Source of the DNA: Vulcanimicrobiota bacterium
GTDB taxonomy: Bacteria > Vulcanimicrobiota > Vulcanimicrobiia > Vulcanimicrobiales > Vulcanimicrobiaceae
NCBI GenBank assembly: GCA_003135555.1
Contig: PLCF01000062.1
Span: 32,001 to 96,000 of the forward strand
Direction of reading: 5' to 3'
Length of the DNA: 64,000 nucleotides
Position 1 is the first letter of the stretch; each line of letters begins with the position of its first letter. Below the pieces are notes generated by a model that was given only the letters and a program-made list of their open reading frames with translations, had not been told where the DNA came from and ran no database searches. A program made the position numbers and the translations under genes. This document shows positions 1 to 9,861 of the stretch, piece by piece.

Positions 1-210
1 CCGCGGTCCAAACATGGCTGCGCGTAGATTTCAAGGACGCGCAGGCGCGGAGGCGGAGCGGTCACTGTTGCGGCTGGTGCGCGACGTCGTCTCTAAGCGG
101 TGGAAGCCACCCCAGTCGAAGAGGTGAACGACAATCTGATGCACCCACCTGTCAGTCTGTCCGAGCACTCGCCAGGAACCGCCGTCGCTGGCAAGGGAAC
201 GTACGCCACG

Positions 211-834
211 ATGAAGCGCTGGCTGCCTCCGCTAACGCTTGGCCTCGCGATGACGACGCTAGGTGCCGCAATTGCATCACCGGTGCCCTGGCTAGAGCTC
301 CGCATCGGACAGGTCGGCTACCTCGGCTTGAACGATGAAAACTACCCGGTGTGTCCGATGCGATACATCTTCGATCTGACGCAGGACGTCCAGACGTGTC
401 CCACGATTCCGCGCGGCGAGGTCGTTCGGATCATCGGGATTCAGCGTGGCAAGCAGGCGATCACAGGAGCCGACACGATCGCGGTGGAGATTCAGCGCGC
501 GAATGGGCGCGGAAGAAGCGGGTGGGTGGTTGTGTTTGCCGTTCAGCCCATCGTTCCGGCTGGAACGCGCATCACATTGCATGCGACCCACACCGGCGGC
601 GACGTCATCAACCCGGGCTATTGGCGCAATCGAAGCGATCCGCCGAGGAGCGAAATTACTTTGCCCGGTACGACGGATGTTCAACTGATCCGGCAGGTGC
701 CGCCGGACAATGATGCTGACTTCTTCGTCCGGTTCCTGAACGGCCCGAAGAAGGGCCAGACCGGCTGGACGGTGTTGGGGTCCGAAGCCACGATCCAGGG
801 CACGCAACGCAACGTCGCCGTCCTTGGAGGTTGA
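211..834 (+). CDS. Secreted hypothetical protein, possibly with two SH3-like repeats
   Basis: ATG at 211 gives a signal-like MKRWLPPLTLGLAMTTLGAAIA; two G.SGWV/GQTGWT motifs typical of bacterial SH3 domains. Confidence 0.55.
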   Translation: MKRWLPPLTLGLAMTTLGAAIASPVPWLELRIGQVGYLGLNDENYPVCPMRYIFDLTQDVQTCPTIPRGEVVRIIGIQRGKQAITGADTIAVEIQRANGRGRSGWVVVFAVQPIVPAGTRITLHATHTGGDVINPGYWRNRSDPPRSEITLPGTTDVQLIRQVPPDNDADFFVRFLNGPKKGQTGWTVLGSEATIQGTQRNVAVLGG

Positions 835-1036
835 CGAGTCTCAACACTTTGACGTCGCCACCTGCGAGGAGGTGTCGCTCAGTGTGCTCAGAGCGCCAGC
901 CTTCATATGCTGCAGGACATTGGTTCGACTCCACGTGTCCCTCCGCACTATTGAACCAAAGAATATCGCCAGGCCGGAAAGGGACTAACGAGGAAGCCGT
1001 TGCGAACGACAAACGGTAGAATCTCAAAGGTTAACG

Positions 1037-1609
1037 GTGGCAACAGATCTCGCGATACATCACGTATGTGGCCTGGACGAGCTCCGGGACGCTCCGCTTG
1101 TGTCCGCCGATCGGATCGTCTCAATCCTTGATCCGCACGGCAACTCGCCTCGCGAGCTGCTTTCGACTACTGCTCCCGTCCTCACGTTGCGGTTTGAGGA
1201 TGTCGTTGACGCCGCGGACGGCGCCGCTCCTACGATGGCTCACGTCAAGGCTTTGCTTCAATTTGATGCAGCTGCTCGTATCAACGAGCGCCTCGTAATT
1301 CATTGTACTGCTGGTATTTCACGCTCGACGGCGGCGCTCGCCATTCTCCTTGCTGCACGCCATCCAGCGCTCGATGACGAAATCTTTGCAGCAATTCGGC
1401 GAATTCGGCCAAGAGCTTGGCCAAATTCGCTAGTCGTATCGCTCGGAGATCGGGCCCTTGCTCGACAGGGGACTTTGATCGCGGCACTGCATCGTCATTA
1501 TAACTATCAGGTCAGACATCCGGAGCTCGGGGCCATTTTTCGTGCCACTGCTCGCCTGAGCGATATCCCGGAAGAAACAACAGACAGCGATTCGTCCACG
1601 TTCCAGTGA
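1037..1609 (+). CDS. Protein-tyrosine/dual-specificity phosphatase family protein
   Basis: Catalytic loop IHCTAGISRS (CX5R), LRFEDV, and RPRAWPN motifs. Confidence 0.85.
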   Translation: MATDLAIHHVCGLDELRDAPLVSADRIVSILDPHGNSPRELLSTTAPVLTLRFEDVVDAADGAAPTMAHVKALLQFDAAARINERLVIHCTAGISRSTAALAILLAARHPALDDEIFAAIRRIRPRAWPNSLVVSLGDRALARQGTLIAALHRHYNYQVRHPELGAIFRATARLSDIPEETTDSDSSTFQ

Positions 1610-1804
1610 GGGGGTGAGTCGCTTGCGATGCAACCAATTGTCTCTCTCGCCATTCACGGAAGCGCGACGCTACCCATGAGAAGAAGCTGCCGAACAAAGC
1701 CTCGAGAGAGTGGTATTATGAGGCCGTGTCCTTCTCGGACACGCAGAGAGTTCGCCGCTACTCGTGTAACTCGATCCCAAAGAATCGGACGCCAGGTCGA
1801 CCAA

Positions 1805-1942
1805 GTGAACGAGCCGGTTATTCAGCACTTCGTCCCGCAGGTGTACCTACTCAAGTTCGACGCTGGCAAAGGCATCATTGTCTACGATGTGTCAAAGCGG
1901 CCGGGCGCGATTACCAGAATCATCGGCCTCCGACTTGAATAG
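1805..1942 (+). pseudogene. Truncated DUF4238-like N-terminal fragment
   Basis: QHFVPQVYLLKF resembles the conserved DUF4238 start motif; the ORF stops after ~45 codons. Confidence 0.5.
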
Positions 1943-1997
1943 GTTGTCCAGTGAATCCCAGGCCAGGCCATTCCGAGCCGGCCAAAAGGGTGACAAA

Positions 1998-2648
1998 ATG
2001 AACTATCTCATCCGTACCATTGTGGCGGCATTTGTCGTTGGCGCATGCTGCGTATCACTTGTGAGCGCTCAGGCGCAGAGTAGCGTTCGGGTACCGGCAG
2101 CACAGCGAGCCCTGACCAGCCTTCTTGTGAAGTATAACGATCTCGATAAAGGCACGCCAAGTGAAGGCCCGCCAAATGAGATGCAGAGCAAAAAGATAGA
2201 GTCTGACTTTAGAAAGCACTTCTGCGCCATGATACCGACAGATAGCGTATCTGGCTGGATTGGGAAGGTGAACACGATTGATGACAACTCTCCCGATAAG
2301 GGAATTCGCCTTGCCCTCGAAGTGCATACGAACAGCCTCAGCAATGACATTATCAATCGGAATGGTGGAACGTCACTTGGCATCCAGCTCACGTTAGGAA
2401 ACTATTACTCCTATGGCGTGAGTGCCCAAAATACCCAACGACATTCGGTAACGACCATCCCTGTTGGTTCACCACTTTATAATATTTCCTCAACATTGCG
2501 GACTGACGATATCATTATGTTTAGTGGGAGTTTTGTGCCGTTTTCTTCTGCGCGTGCATGTACTGAAAATCTTGGCCATTCGACGTATTTTTCGTTATTT
2601 CGCTTCTCAGCGATTCGCAAACTCGGACATGACTTGACATTGGAATGA
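1998..2648 (+). CDS. Secreted hypothetical protein
   Basis: ATG at 1998 with signal peptide MNYLIRTIVAAFVVGACCVSLVSAQA; low-GC coding stretch. Confidence 0.65.
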   Translation: MNYLIRTIVAAFVVGACCVSLVSAQAQSSVRVPAAQRALTSLLVKYNDLDKGTPSEGPPNEMQSKKIESDFRKHFCAMIPTDSVSGWIGKVNTIDDNSPDKGIRLALEVHTNSLSNDIINRNGGTSLGIQLTLGNYYSYGVSAQNTQRHSVTTIPVGSPLYNISSTLRTDDIIMFSGSFVPFSSARACTENLGHSTYFSLFRFSAIRKLGHDLTLE

Positions 2649-2796
2649 GACGTTGACCAGAACGCTGTTACTTCTTTCGCTGGCTCGTTCACCGTCGGCC
2701 TGCTTTGTGGGAACGGAGCGTTCTTCGAGACAGCGAACCGGGCGCCGCATGAACGACGCTGCCGAGACCCAGACCTTAACGCAGTGGTGTGAGAGC

Positions 2797-3711
2797 CTAC
2801 AGCGGGAACGGCCCGAGAATGAAGCTAGCATTCGCGGTCGGTTCGGTCGCCATCGCATTACCATCGGCGTGGAAATCAAGATGGAAGGTTGGCGGCGTGC
2901 CCACGGTATGAGCAGCGGCTTCGAAATCTCTGACGATTGTTGCGATGTTCTCGCGAACCCGCTTTTCGTAATCAACTACTAGCAGAATTGCCCGGTCTGC
3001 CAGCCAATGCGCTCGCATAGATGTCCCCGCTGCTGAAATTCCCCCGCCAATTGGCGCGAACACCTCACCGTTGACGGTATTCAAGATGTTACCGTAGGTC
3101 GCTCGGATTTTCGCGCGATCTTCGTCGCTCCATTCATAACCGGTGACGCCCTTAGCGCGAGCGTGCTCGACGGCCTGCGGCCAATTGCGCTGCAATATTT
3201 CGAGCAACACGATCTTTGACCAGGACTGATGTTTGAAGAACCCGATGCAATGCACGACGTCATCGCATATGAACGCAAAGAGAACGTCATCCCCTCCCTG
3301 CACTTTGCCCTGAGCGTCGCGGAGACCCAAATGAAAGTGGGTAATACCCCAATCATTGAGTAGCTTGTCCTCGTATGTCGGTTTGGACGCGTTGCGACTT
3401 AACCTGGCAGTGACGTCGATGCCCTGTTCGAGTTCGGACTTCAGCTCAGCATATCCAGGCGTCAGGTCCGGAGGACAAGCGAACTCCTTAGACTCGACGA
3501 TCTCCTTAGACTCGACGACAGTATAGCGTTGCACTTTCGGGCGGCGGCGCGCGTTTGCATAGTACCGATAGACGGCGTCTTGATAAGGTTCGGTGGGGTC
3601 TATTGCAATGGCGTTTCTAGTGAGAAGCTGCTCGACGAGCTCTCGAAAGTCAGCGTGAAAGTCAAGCTTGACGTCCCCACCGGCGTTGTTCGTCATCAAA
3701 ATGACCTCCAA
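2797..3711 (-). CDS. Hypothetical protein (island-type, DKLLNDWGITHFHLG motif)
   Basis: 304-aa ORF with normal protein composition; function not recognised; start may be the ATG 5 codons downstream. Confidence 0.7.
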   Translation of the reverse strand: MEVILMTNNAGGDVKLDFHADFRELVEQLLTRNAIAIDPTEPYQDAVYRYYANARRRPKVQRYTVVESKEIVESKEFACPPDLTPGYAELKSELEQGIDVTARLSRNASKPTYEDKLLNDWGITHFHLGLRDAQGKVQGGDDVLFAFICDDVVHCIGFFKHQSWSKIVLLEILQRNWPQAVEHARAKGVTGYEWSDEDRAKIRATYGNILNTVNGEVFAPIGGGISAAGTSMRAHWLADRAILLVVDYEKRVRENIATIVRDFEAAAHTVGTPPTFHLDFHADGNAMATEPTANASFILGPFPL

Positions 3712-3876
3712 CAGGCTGAGCTAAGCTGGCGTTCCCCATATGAGGGCCAGAGAACGCCTTCCTGAGCTTCACCCGTCCGGTTCGTCACTTTTGCCTCATA
3801 TCATGAGCGCGAATCACCTAATAATTATAGCAAAACACGCTTCGACTCTGCAGCGATTTAGAAAATCATCCGGAGA

Positions 3877-4410
3877 ATGCGGGTTGAGATGGCTCTCGCG
3901 ACCGACCTCCCGCCTCGCTCTGCCACTGACCTTGGCGAACTCGCCGTTGACAGGTGGATGGAGACGGTCGGCGACGCGCTGAACGAACGTAGCGAGCGTG
4001 CCTTCATAGTGGTCTTCAACTGGGACCTCGCGAGGCCGCGAGTCGCGCGCCATGTACGCATAGCGGAATCCGGGACGCCGCTTGCTGACTTCGCCCACCT
4101 CTCTTATTTCCACGTTGACGCCGATGGCGTGCCGGTTACCTCGCCAAGCGCGACGCCGCTCCGGGCCGTGCGCGCGATCGGCCTCCTCGGCGATTGGTTC
4201 CCGGCGCCGCAATACACGCCCGCCGCTTCGCCGCAGATCGGACGGCGCTATGCGCTTGTCCCGCGAGAGGGGCTGACCGTCCGCGGAACGGTCATGGACG
4301 CGAATGGGAACGGCTTGCTTATGCGTGTTGACGGCGCGGATGAGGGCTCGGAGCGGTGGCTAGAGCGGCATGTCTACACCGCGCTCTACGACTTGGGCCG
4401 CGGCTCGTAG
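3877..4410 (+). CDS. Hypothetical protein
   Basis: 177-aa ORF preceded by GGAG; plausible composition. Confidence 0.5.
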   Translation: MRVEMALATDLPPRSATDLGELAVDRWMETVGDALNERSERAFIVVFNWDLARPRVARHVRIAESGTPLADFAHLSYFHVDADGVPVTSPSATPLRAVRAIGLLGDWFPAPQYTPAASPQIGRRYALVPREGLTVRGTVMDANGNGLLMRVDGADEGSERWLERHVYTALYDLGRGS

Positions 4411-5109
4411 AACCAGCGCACGCGGAGAATTTCGGTTATCGTAGCTGCAAAGCTTCGGCAGGACCAGGCGCGACGAGTCATCACGCATCGCGCACTGATG
4501 TCTGGGCGCGGCAACCGCATTACCATGCTTCGGACCAGCTTCGCTATGCTCCGTGCATGGACGCGCTTGACCAGCTGATCGACCGGCTCAGCCGCAAGCT
4601 GGCTGCTATTGAGCGCCGCGTAGCCCGCCTAGAACGCGAGGAAGCGATGACCAGCGACGACCCACCCGGGAAGGTCGTGCCGGACTCGCCTTCACCCCGG
4701 GGCTCGCGATCTTCCGCACCGCCACGTTCAGGTCCCGGCCACGACTGCGACTAGTGCGCTTCGGTTCGGGGCTCCGATAGAGTCGGCTGTGGGGCCTCTG
4801 TTAACCTTCGGCGAACCCAGGACTGGCGTCGGCCCATTCGGGGCTCTATCATTGATGCGGGGCGGCGGCTCGCTCTAGGTCCGCAGGACCGGAGCCCACA
4901 CCCGGAGCCGTCGCTCCGCTCGTTGTTGCTTGTCCACCAACGGGGACTGACCTCGCGACGACCGACGCCTACGGTTTCCGCCGCCACGAAATTCAAGCTA
5001 CTGACTATCCCCTGGATGAGTTGAGGCAAAAGAACATCTTAGATTTGTAGATGCGTTCGCCGAGGATTTCCCTTGTTAGCGAAACCGCCAGAACAATTCG
5101 TAGGCGCAG

Positions 5110-6213
5110 ATGGAGGGTGTCATGCAGACGCCGGATCCTAAGGTACTGAACGATGTCTATAGTCGATACAAGTTAAGCTTTTCGGAAATTCCAGAAGTTA
5201 GTGTTCCATCGGCCCATAGCGTTGAAATGGAACTGGTTTGCGCAAAGGAGTCGTATGCTGCCTATGCTGTTTATCCTGATTTGCCCGGAGACCCAATGCA
5301 TGACCGCGTTCCCGTGGCAAACAGCGCCTTGTTCGTCCCGGGTGCTCTCGATGTCGCAGGGTTCTTAGACGCGGCCGCGGGCGACTGGGAGAGCCCACGG
5401 GGTTATCGCGAGATCAAAACCGATCGCGCTGGCGCCTTGGTGATTTGGAAGGATAACCACGTGATCGTCGCCTTCCGCGGTACGGCCAATTGGCAGGATT
5501 GGATTCATAACGGCAATTCAAAGAAGATCTCTCCCCCAATCGGTGAGATCGGTGAGTACGGATCCCTTGTACTGCATATGGGCTTCTATGGCCTCACGGA
5601 AAATATATTTCCGGCAATTCTCCAAGCGATAATCTATCGTGCAACAGCGATACAGTCAAATTTGTCGCATCGCTCACCCCTAGTCCTGACACTTTGCGGG
5701 CACAGCCTGGGCGGGGCGCTCGCCCTATGCTTTGCTGCTAAGCTTCGAAAGCAAAAATTGGAGCCCGGCACGATACCAGGGCCCGTGCTAGGCGCTACCT
5801 ATACTTTCGGCGCTCCTCGCATCGGAAGAGGCTCGGTCTGGCGATTCATCGAGCGTCCTCACTATCGGCTCATTGTTTCGGGCGATCCGATACCGCGTTT
5901 TCCGCCCGGCTTCGACGAGGACTACGAGGCCACGTACCTCGGAAGGCCGACGCAACCCGTAAGTCAGCCGAAGTCGGTTCTTAAGAAAATATGGCGTGCC
6001 GCCGAATCTACGATTCTTAGCCGTGTAGATGTCAAATGCCATGATATGGAGATCTACATAGCTTCGATTACACAAAAGCTGGCTGCAACGAGACCCAATA
6101 TACTTTCAACGAACGCGCCGCCGCAAAGTCCAGCGAAAACTGATCTGACTACCAAACACCAGGAGTACCTTAAGAAACTTTCCGCTTTAAGGCCTCGTCT
6201 GCCGCGACGATGA
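5110..6213 (+). CDS. Class 3 lipase family protein
   Basis: VIVAFRGT, LHMGF, GHSLGGA nucleophile elbow, YTFGAPRIG, DPIPRFPP, CHDM motifs. Confidence 0.9.
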   Translation: MEGVMQTPDPKVLNDVYSRYKLSFSEIPEVSVPSAHSVEMELVCAKESYAAYAVYPDLPGDPMHDRVPVANSALFVPGALDVAGFLDAAAGDWESPRGYREIKTDRAGALVIWKDNHVIVAFRGTANWQDWIHNGNSKKISPPIGEIGEYGSLVLHMGFYGLTENIFPAILQAIIYRATAIQSNLSHRSPLVLTLCGHSLGGALALCFAAKLRKQKLEPGTIPGPVLGATYTFGAPRIGRGSVWRFIERPHYRLIVSGDPIPRFPPGFDEDYEATYLGRPTQPVSQPKSVLKKIWRAAESTILSRVDVKCHDMEIYIASITQKLAATRPNILSTNAPPQSPAKTDLTTKHQEYLKKLSALRPRLPRR

Positions 6214-6522
6214 AGACTGTCCCCTCGACGAACATGAACAAGCGCAAAGCTTCGAGCGTCTCAATAGCGACGGACGGCAGGCAACGGTCCAGGTCGTCCA
6301 CCACTACTACCAATTGCTGGATGTCGGCGTCGACAAGCAGCTGGCGGAATTCTTCCCGAAAGCTATGAATCTTGTTGAGTGACATCGCGTTCCTGTGCGT
6401 CCTTGAGCCAAGCGTCATCGTCGGATGAGTCCGAAATGGCACCGCGGGCCGTTTCCAGTGCTCCTTCGGTGAGCAGGCTCGTGCCCGCGGTCGGGATCGC
6501 CAACGCGGCCGATGCCACCTTA
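6192..6522 (-). pseudogene. Internal fragment of a KAP-family P-loop NTPase, frameshifted
   Basis: KVASAALAIPTAGTSLL...WLKDAQERDVTQ, then a frameshift near 6372, then KIHSFREEFRQLL...VVVVDDLDRCLP..AIETLEALRLF...FIVAADE (KAP Walker B region); both ends missing. Confidence 0.8.
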
Positions 6523-6881
6523 GTTCAGATGTTCGCGGTCGCTGTTTGCATAAGGAATGAGTCTATGGCGAAACTGGCGAAGGCGTGAAAGCTACCGATG
6601 ATGTGTACGTATCCGATATGCTGGTGCGTCACGAGCGAAACATGGCATGACGACGAGTCCGGCGCGTTCTGCCGCGGAGAAGCCGGCGTTGCAAGGGCCC
6701 GCGAGGCGCGCGATGGCGAGTAGCTCGTCGCGCCGGTCGCTCTTGGTCCTTGCGATTCACGACGCATTCTTGGACTAGGCCGATACCGTGTTGATGTGAG
6801 CATCACGTCGAACATTCACGATCTCTCTCGCGCGCCGCTTGTTCGCCTGCCGGCTGCGCGGCTACCGGCGGGAAATCAGCC

Positions 6882-8363
6882 ATGAAGAGATTGAGGCCGC
6901 AGGACGTCGGCGGCATGCCGGTCGACGCGCTCCATCGGCTCGGGCTGGCGATGCCGGGCGTCGTCTCGCCGTCGGCCGAGGGCATCACCATCCGGGGCCG
7001 GGGGGCCGACCCGCGCGGCCTCTCCGTCCGTCTGCTCCTCGACGGCTCGAATCCGGGCGGCTTCGCGCGGTCGTGGTCCGGTGTCGAACCGCACAATCCG
7101 GGCAGCACGATGGATTTGGCCGGACGGGCTGAGGCGCGCCGCGTAGCGCGCGAACGGCTGCAGACCGGCCGACTCGGCGACTTCATCTGGCCGGTCGCGA
7201 CGGCCGCGCCGGATCACCGCTTCGCGATGCTCAACGACATCCTGGTCCCGGCGTTCTTCGACGAGCATCCGGGGGGCCAGATTCATCTCGTGGAGTGCGC
7301 GCCGGGATTCAATCGGTCGCTGGCGCTACTCAGCATCTTGCAGCGGGCGAATATCCTGAAGACGGCAGATCCCGCCACGCTTCAGGCCTATCTCGGCAAA
7401 TCGGCGATGTCGACGTTCGGCCTCAACGTCCCGGCGGAAGCGCTCTTCTCGGCGCTCACGTTCGGCCTGTCGTGGTCGTACCCGACGCTTCCTGGCTTCG
7501 TCGGCACGTGCGGGCACGAACGCTTCCTAGTGTTTCTTCTCGAAACGCCCTACGAGGTCGAAACGCCGGACGCCACCTCCTTCGAGCGGATGCTGCCCAA
7601 CATGCTCAACATCATGGGGGAGCGAATCGAGACGAGTCCGCTCGCGCCGCCCGACTACGTCCCTCCCCCTCTCACGCGCCCGCTAGACCGCCGTCGCTTC
7701 ACGGTCGACGAGATGGCGACGTATCTGCGCGCCTACGTCGACGCGCTCGGCGAGACGTTCGCGTGGCTGGGCGACCTGGACAACTACGGCAAGGAAGCTG
7801 AGCCCGACGTCCTCGACGTCGACTTCGCGCAGGCGACATGGCTCACGTTCTTCGTCCTGCTGGCGGTGCAGTTCGAAATCATCACGAGCCGCGTGCACTT
7901 CGCGCGCAAGTTCGCGTTCTTCGATTCGCTCGAACTCTACACGGCGCTCGTCACGTCGAACTTCGGCGCGCAGACGAACACCTGGATCTCGCTCGCGTCG
8001 GACGCGCACGCGCGGCAGACGCTGGTACCGCAGTTGAGCCGCTTCGGCGCCGTCGGTGCCGAACTCGCGCAATCCGTCGCCGCCATCCGCGACCGCGCGA
8101 GCGATGTCGTGACGCGCGGACTGCTCTACCCGCGCGACGCCGCCGGCAACGTGCTCTTCGGCGGGTCGTCGCTGCCGATCGATGCATTCGAGCCGAAGCT
8201 CTACCGCGAGCTGCGGAACACGCGCCACGGCTTCGCGATCCGGAACGCCGCCGTCCTGAACGTCCACACGGGCGATATCAGCAACGATCTGCCCGACCTC
8301 AGCCTCGCGATGTTCCTTGGCCTGCTCGCCGACAAGACGCCGTTCACGCTGAAGCGCGCGTAA
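6882..8363 (+). CDS. Hypothetical protein (493 aa)
   Basis: Long ORF with strong GC3 bias; no family recognised; C-terminal YRELRNTRHGF. Confidence 0.8.
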   Translation: MKRLRPQDVGGMPVDALHRLGLAMPGVVSPSAEGITIRGRGADPRGLSVRLLLDGSNPGGFARSWSGVEPHNPGSTMDLAGRAEARRVARERLQTGRLGDFIWPVATAAPDHRFAMLNDILVPAFFDEHPGGQIHLVECAPGFNRSLALLSILQRANILKTADPATLQAYLGKSAMSTFGLNVPAEALFSALTFGLSWSYPTLPGFVGTCGHERFLVFLLETPYEVETPDATSFERMLPNMLNIMGERIETSPLAPPDYVPPPLTRPLDRRRFTVDEMATYLRAYVDALGETFAWLGDLDNYGKEAEPDVLDVDFAQATWLTFFVLLAVQFEIITSRVHFARKFAFFDSLELYTALVTSNFGAQTNTWISLASDAHARQTLVPQLSRFGAVGAELAQSVAAIRDRASDVVTRGLLYPRDAAGNVLFGGSSLPIDAFEPKLYRELRNTRHGFAIRNAAVLNVHTGDISNDLPDLSLAMFLGLLADKTPFTLKRA

Positions 8364-8585
8364 CCCGATTCGGGGCAGGGGAGGGTGCAGAACGTTTGCG
8401 TCGGACGGATGCGCTTATTCTTCGCCATGGACGCTCTCAACATGCTGGGCTACGAGGCGCTCACGTACCGTGATGCGGCGCGCGGACGTACCGTGTAGCT
8501 GACGAAAGGGGAGGTCTTGCACGGATTGCGCAGCGCTAGAACCGAAACGCTTAGGGATCAGGACGTCTACGTGCGATCGCGAAGC

Positions 8586-8623
8586 AAAAAAAAAGAGCCC
8601 GCCGTGGCCGAAACCAGGCGGGC
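8586..8623 (-). terminator. Rho-independent terminator
   Basis: GCCCGCC/GGCGGGC stem (8597-8603, 8617-8623) next to an A9 run (U-tract on the minus strand). Confidence 0.65.
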
Positions 8624-8859
8624 CATTCTAGTTCCACAACGGCTTCGCCCACAAGAGGCCTTGAGGCTCAATGCTGAATGATCAGCCCGGCATTCGTTTG
8701 AGCGCGCTGATGACTCCGCGCTTCATCGTCCCGCGATCGACGGCGCGGTGGCCCTTAGAGTTAATATCAAGGCTGCTATCGCGACCGACAACAACGAAAT
8801 GGTCGTACGCGCCCCTGCGGGCAGGTGTCGGGCTGATCCTGCTGAGAAGCTGACCCTCA

Positions 8860-9618
8860 ATGCCGGACGAGTATAGCGGCGGAGTTTTGGGAGGCCAAAA
8901 GCCGTGCCCGAAGTGCCGAGCGATCGTGCCGGCCGTCGCGAAGATTTGCGCGACATGCGGCTCCTCGTTGCCACGATCACCCGTGTCGGATCTCGGTGCT
9001 CCGGCAAAGCCTTCGATCAAGACATGCGCCTCTTGCGGCTCAACCGTGCCGATCTCGGCGAGGATTTGCGCGTCCTGCAACTCGTACTTCCCGCGCGAAA
9101 CCAAATCGCAGTCATCGCCGGACTACGGAATCACAGATGCAGCTCCGACGCGCCACCCCTCTCCATCGGGTAGCCCGGTAGCCGGACTCGTCATCATCGC
9201 GCTTGTTGTGGCAGTCGGGTTCGCCGGGTTCAAGTGGTACGCGGGTCAAAATCCGGAGGCAGCCGGCCGCGCTTCGGCGCGCGCGTCTACAGGCGATGGG
9301 CCCACCGCAGATCCGAGTACTGGAACATTTTCAGGTTCAGACGAAATATCTGCTTTGCCGACACCAGCGCAAGATCTGCTACGTTTTGTCGGTCGGACCG
9401 GACATACCGTTGAAGAGAATGCAGAAATGGGCTGTGAAGATCGCTACACGGGCTCGGGCCACTACCCGGGCACGATTCACGTATCTCCAGCCGACCTTGG
9501 TGCCAGTTATGTTTCATGGACTACGTGCGGCTTTACGTTCAAATTCCGGATTTCAGCCGACGGAAATCACGTCGCTGCTCTCAACAATCCGGCCCTTTCA
9601 GCGCTTGGAGGAGAATAG
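8860..9618 (+). CDS. Zinc-ribbon (double zinc ribbon) membrane protein
   Basis: Four CxxC pairs (CPKC, CATC, CASC, CASC) followed by a TM helix (GLVIIALVVAVGFAGF). Confidence 0.8.
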   Translation: MPDEYSGGVLGGQKPCPKCRAIVPAVAKICATCGSSLPRSPVSDLGAPAKPSIKTCASCGSTVPISARICASCNSYFPRETKSQSSPDYGITDAAPTRHPSPSGSPVAGLVIIALVVAVGFAGFKWYAGQNPEAAGRASARASTGDGPTADPSTGTFSGSDEISALPTPAQDLLRFVGRTGHTVEENAEMGCEDRYTGSGHYPGTIHVSPADLGASYVSWTTCGFTFKFRISADGNHVAALNNPALSALGGE

Positions 9619-9861
9619 CAGCGTCGTTTGCTGCGAATTTTCCCCTTCATCGATAGCCGAATCTGTTTGGGATACTAGCCGTCCTTGGAAGTCGCTATCG
9701 CGTTGGCGATGGTCTCGGACGACTTGAGCTACTGCAGCCTCCGACTTCGTCACGATCACGCCCGCGCCCATTGGCGCTCCAATCTGACTACGCGTTGCAG
9801 TTCGGGGTCAGGGGTCCAGCAGAGTGACAAAAACGGGGGCGTCGCGTCGGCTCTAACGCGA

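Noticed and set aside
4557..4754. Small coiled-coil ORF MDALDQLIDRLSRK...
   Set aside because: Short, no RBS or family evidence; not supportable.
4986..5004. Inverted TnsB-site-like 19-mer (acgaaattcaagctactga) as the other transposon end
   Set aside because: Single copy, no terminal TGT at the expected distance, no GGCGG duplication and no comM 5' half beside it.
8682..8860. HicA-like toxin on the minus strand ahead of the terminator
   Set aside because: Only a vague HRAVDRGTMK resemblance; no clean start and no antitoxin.
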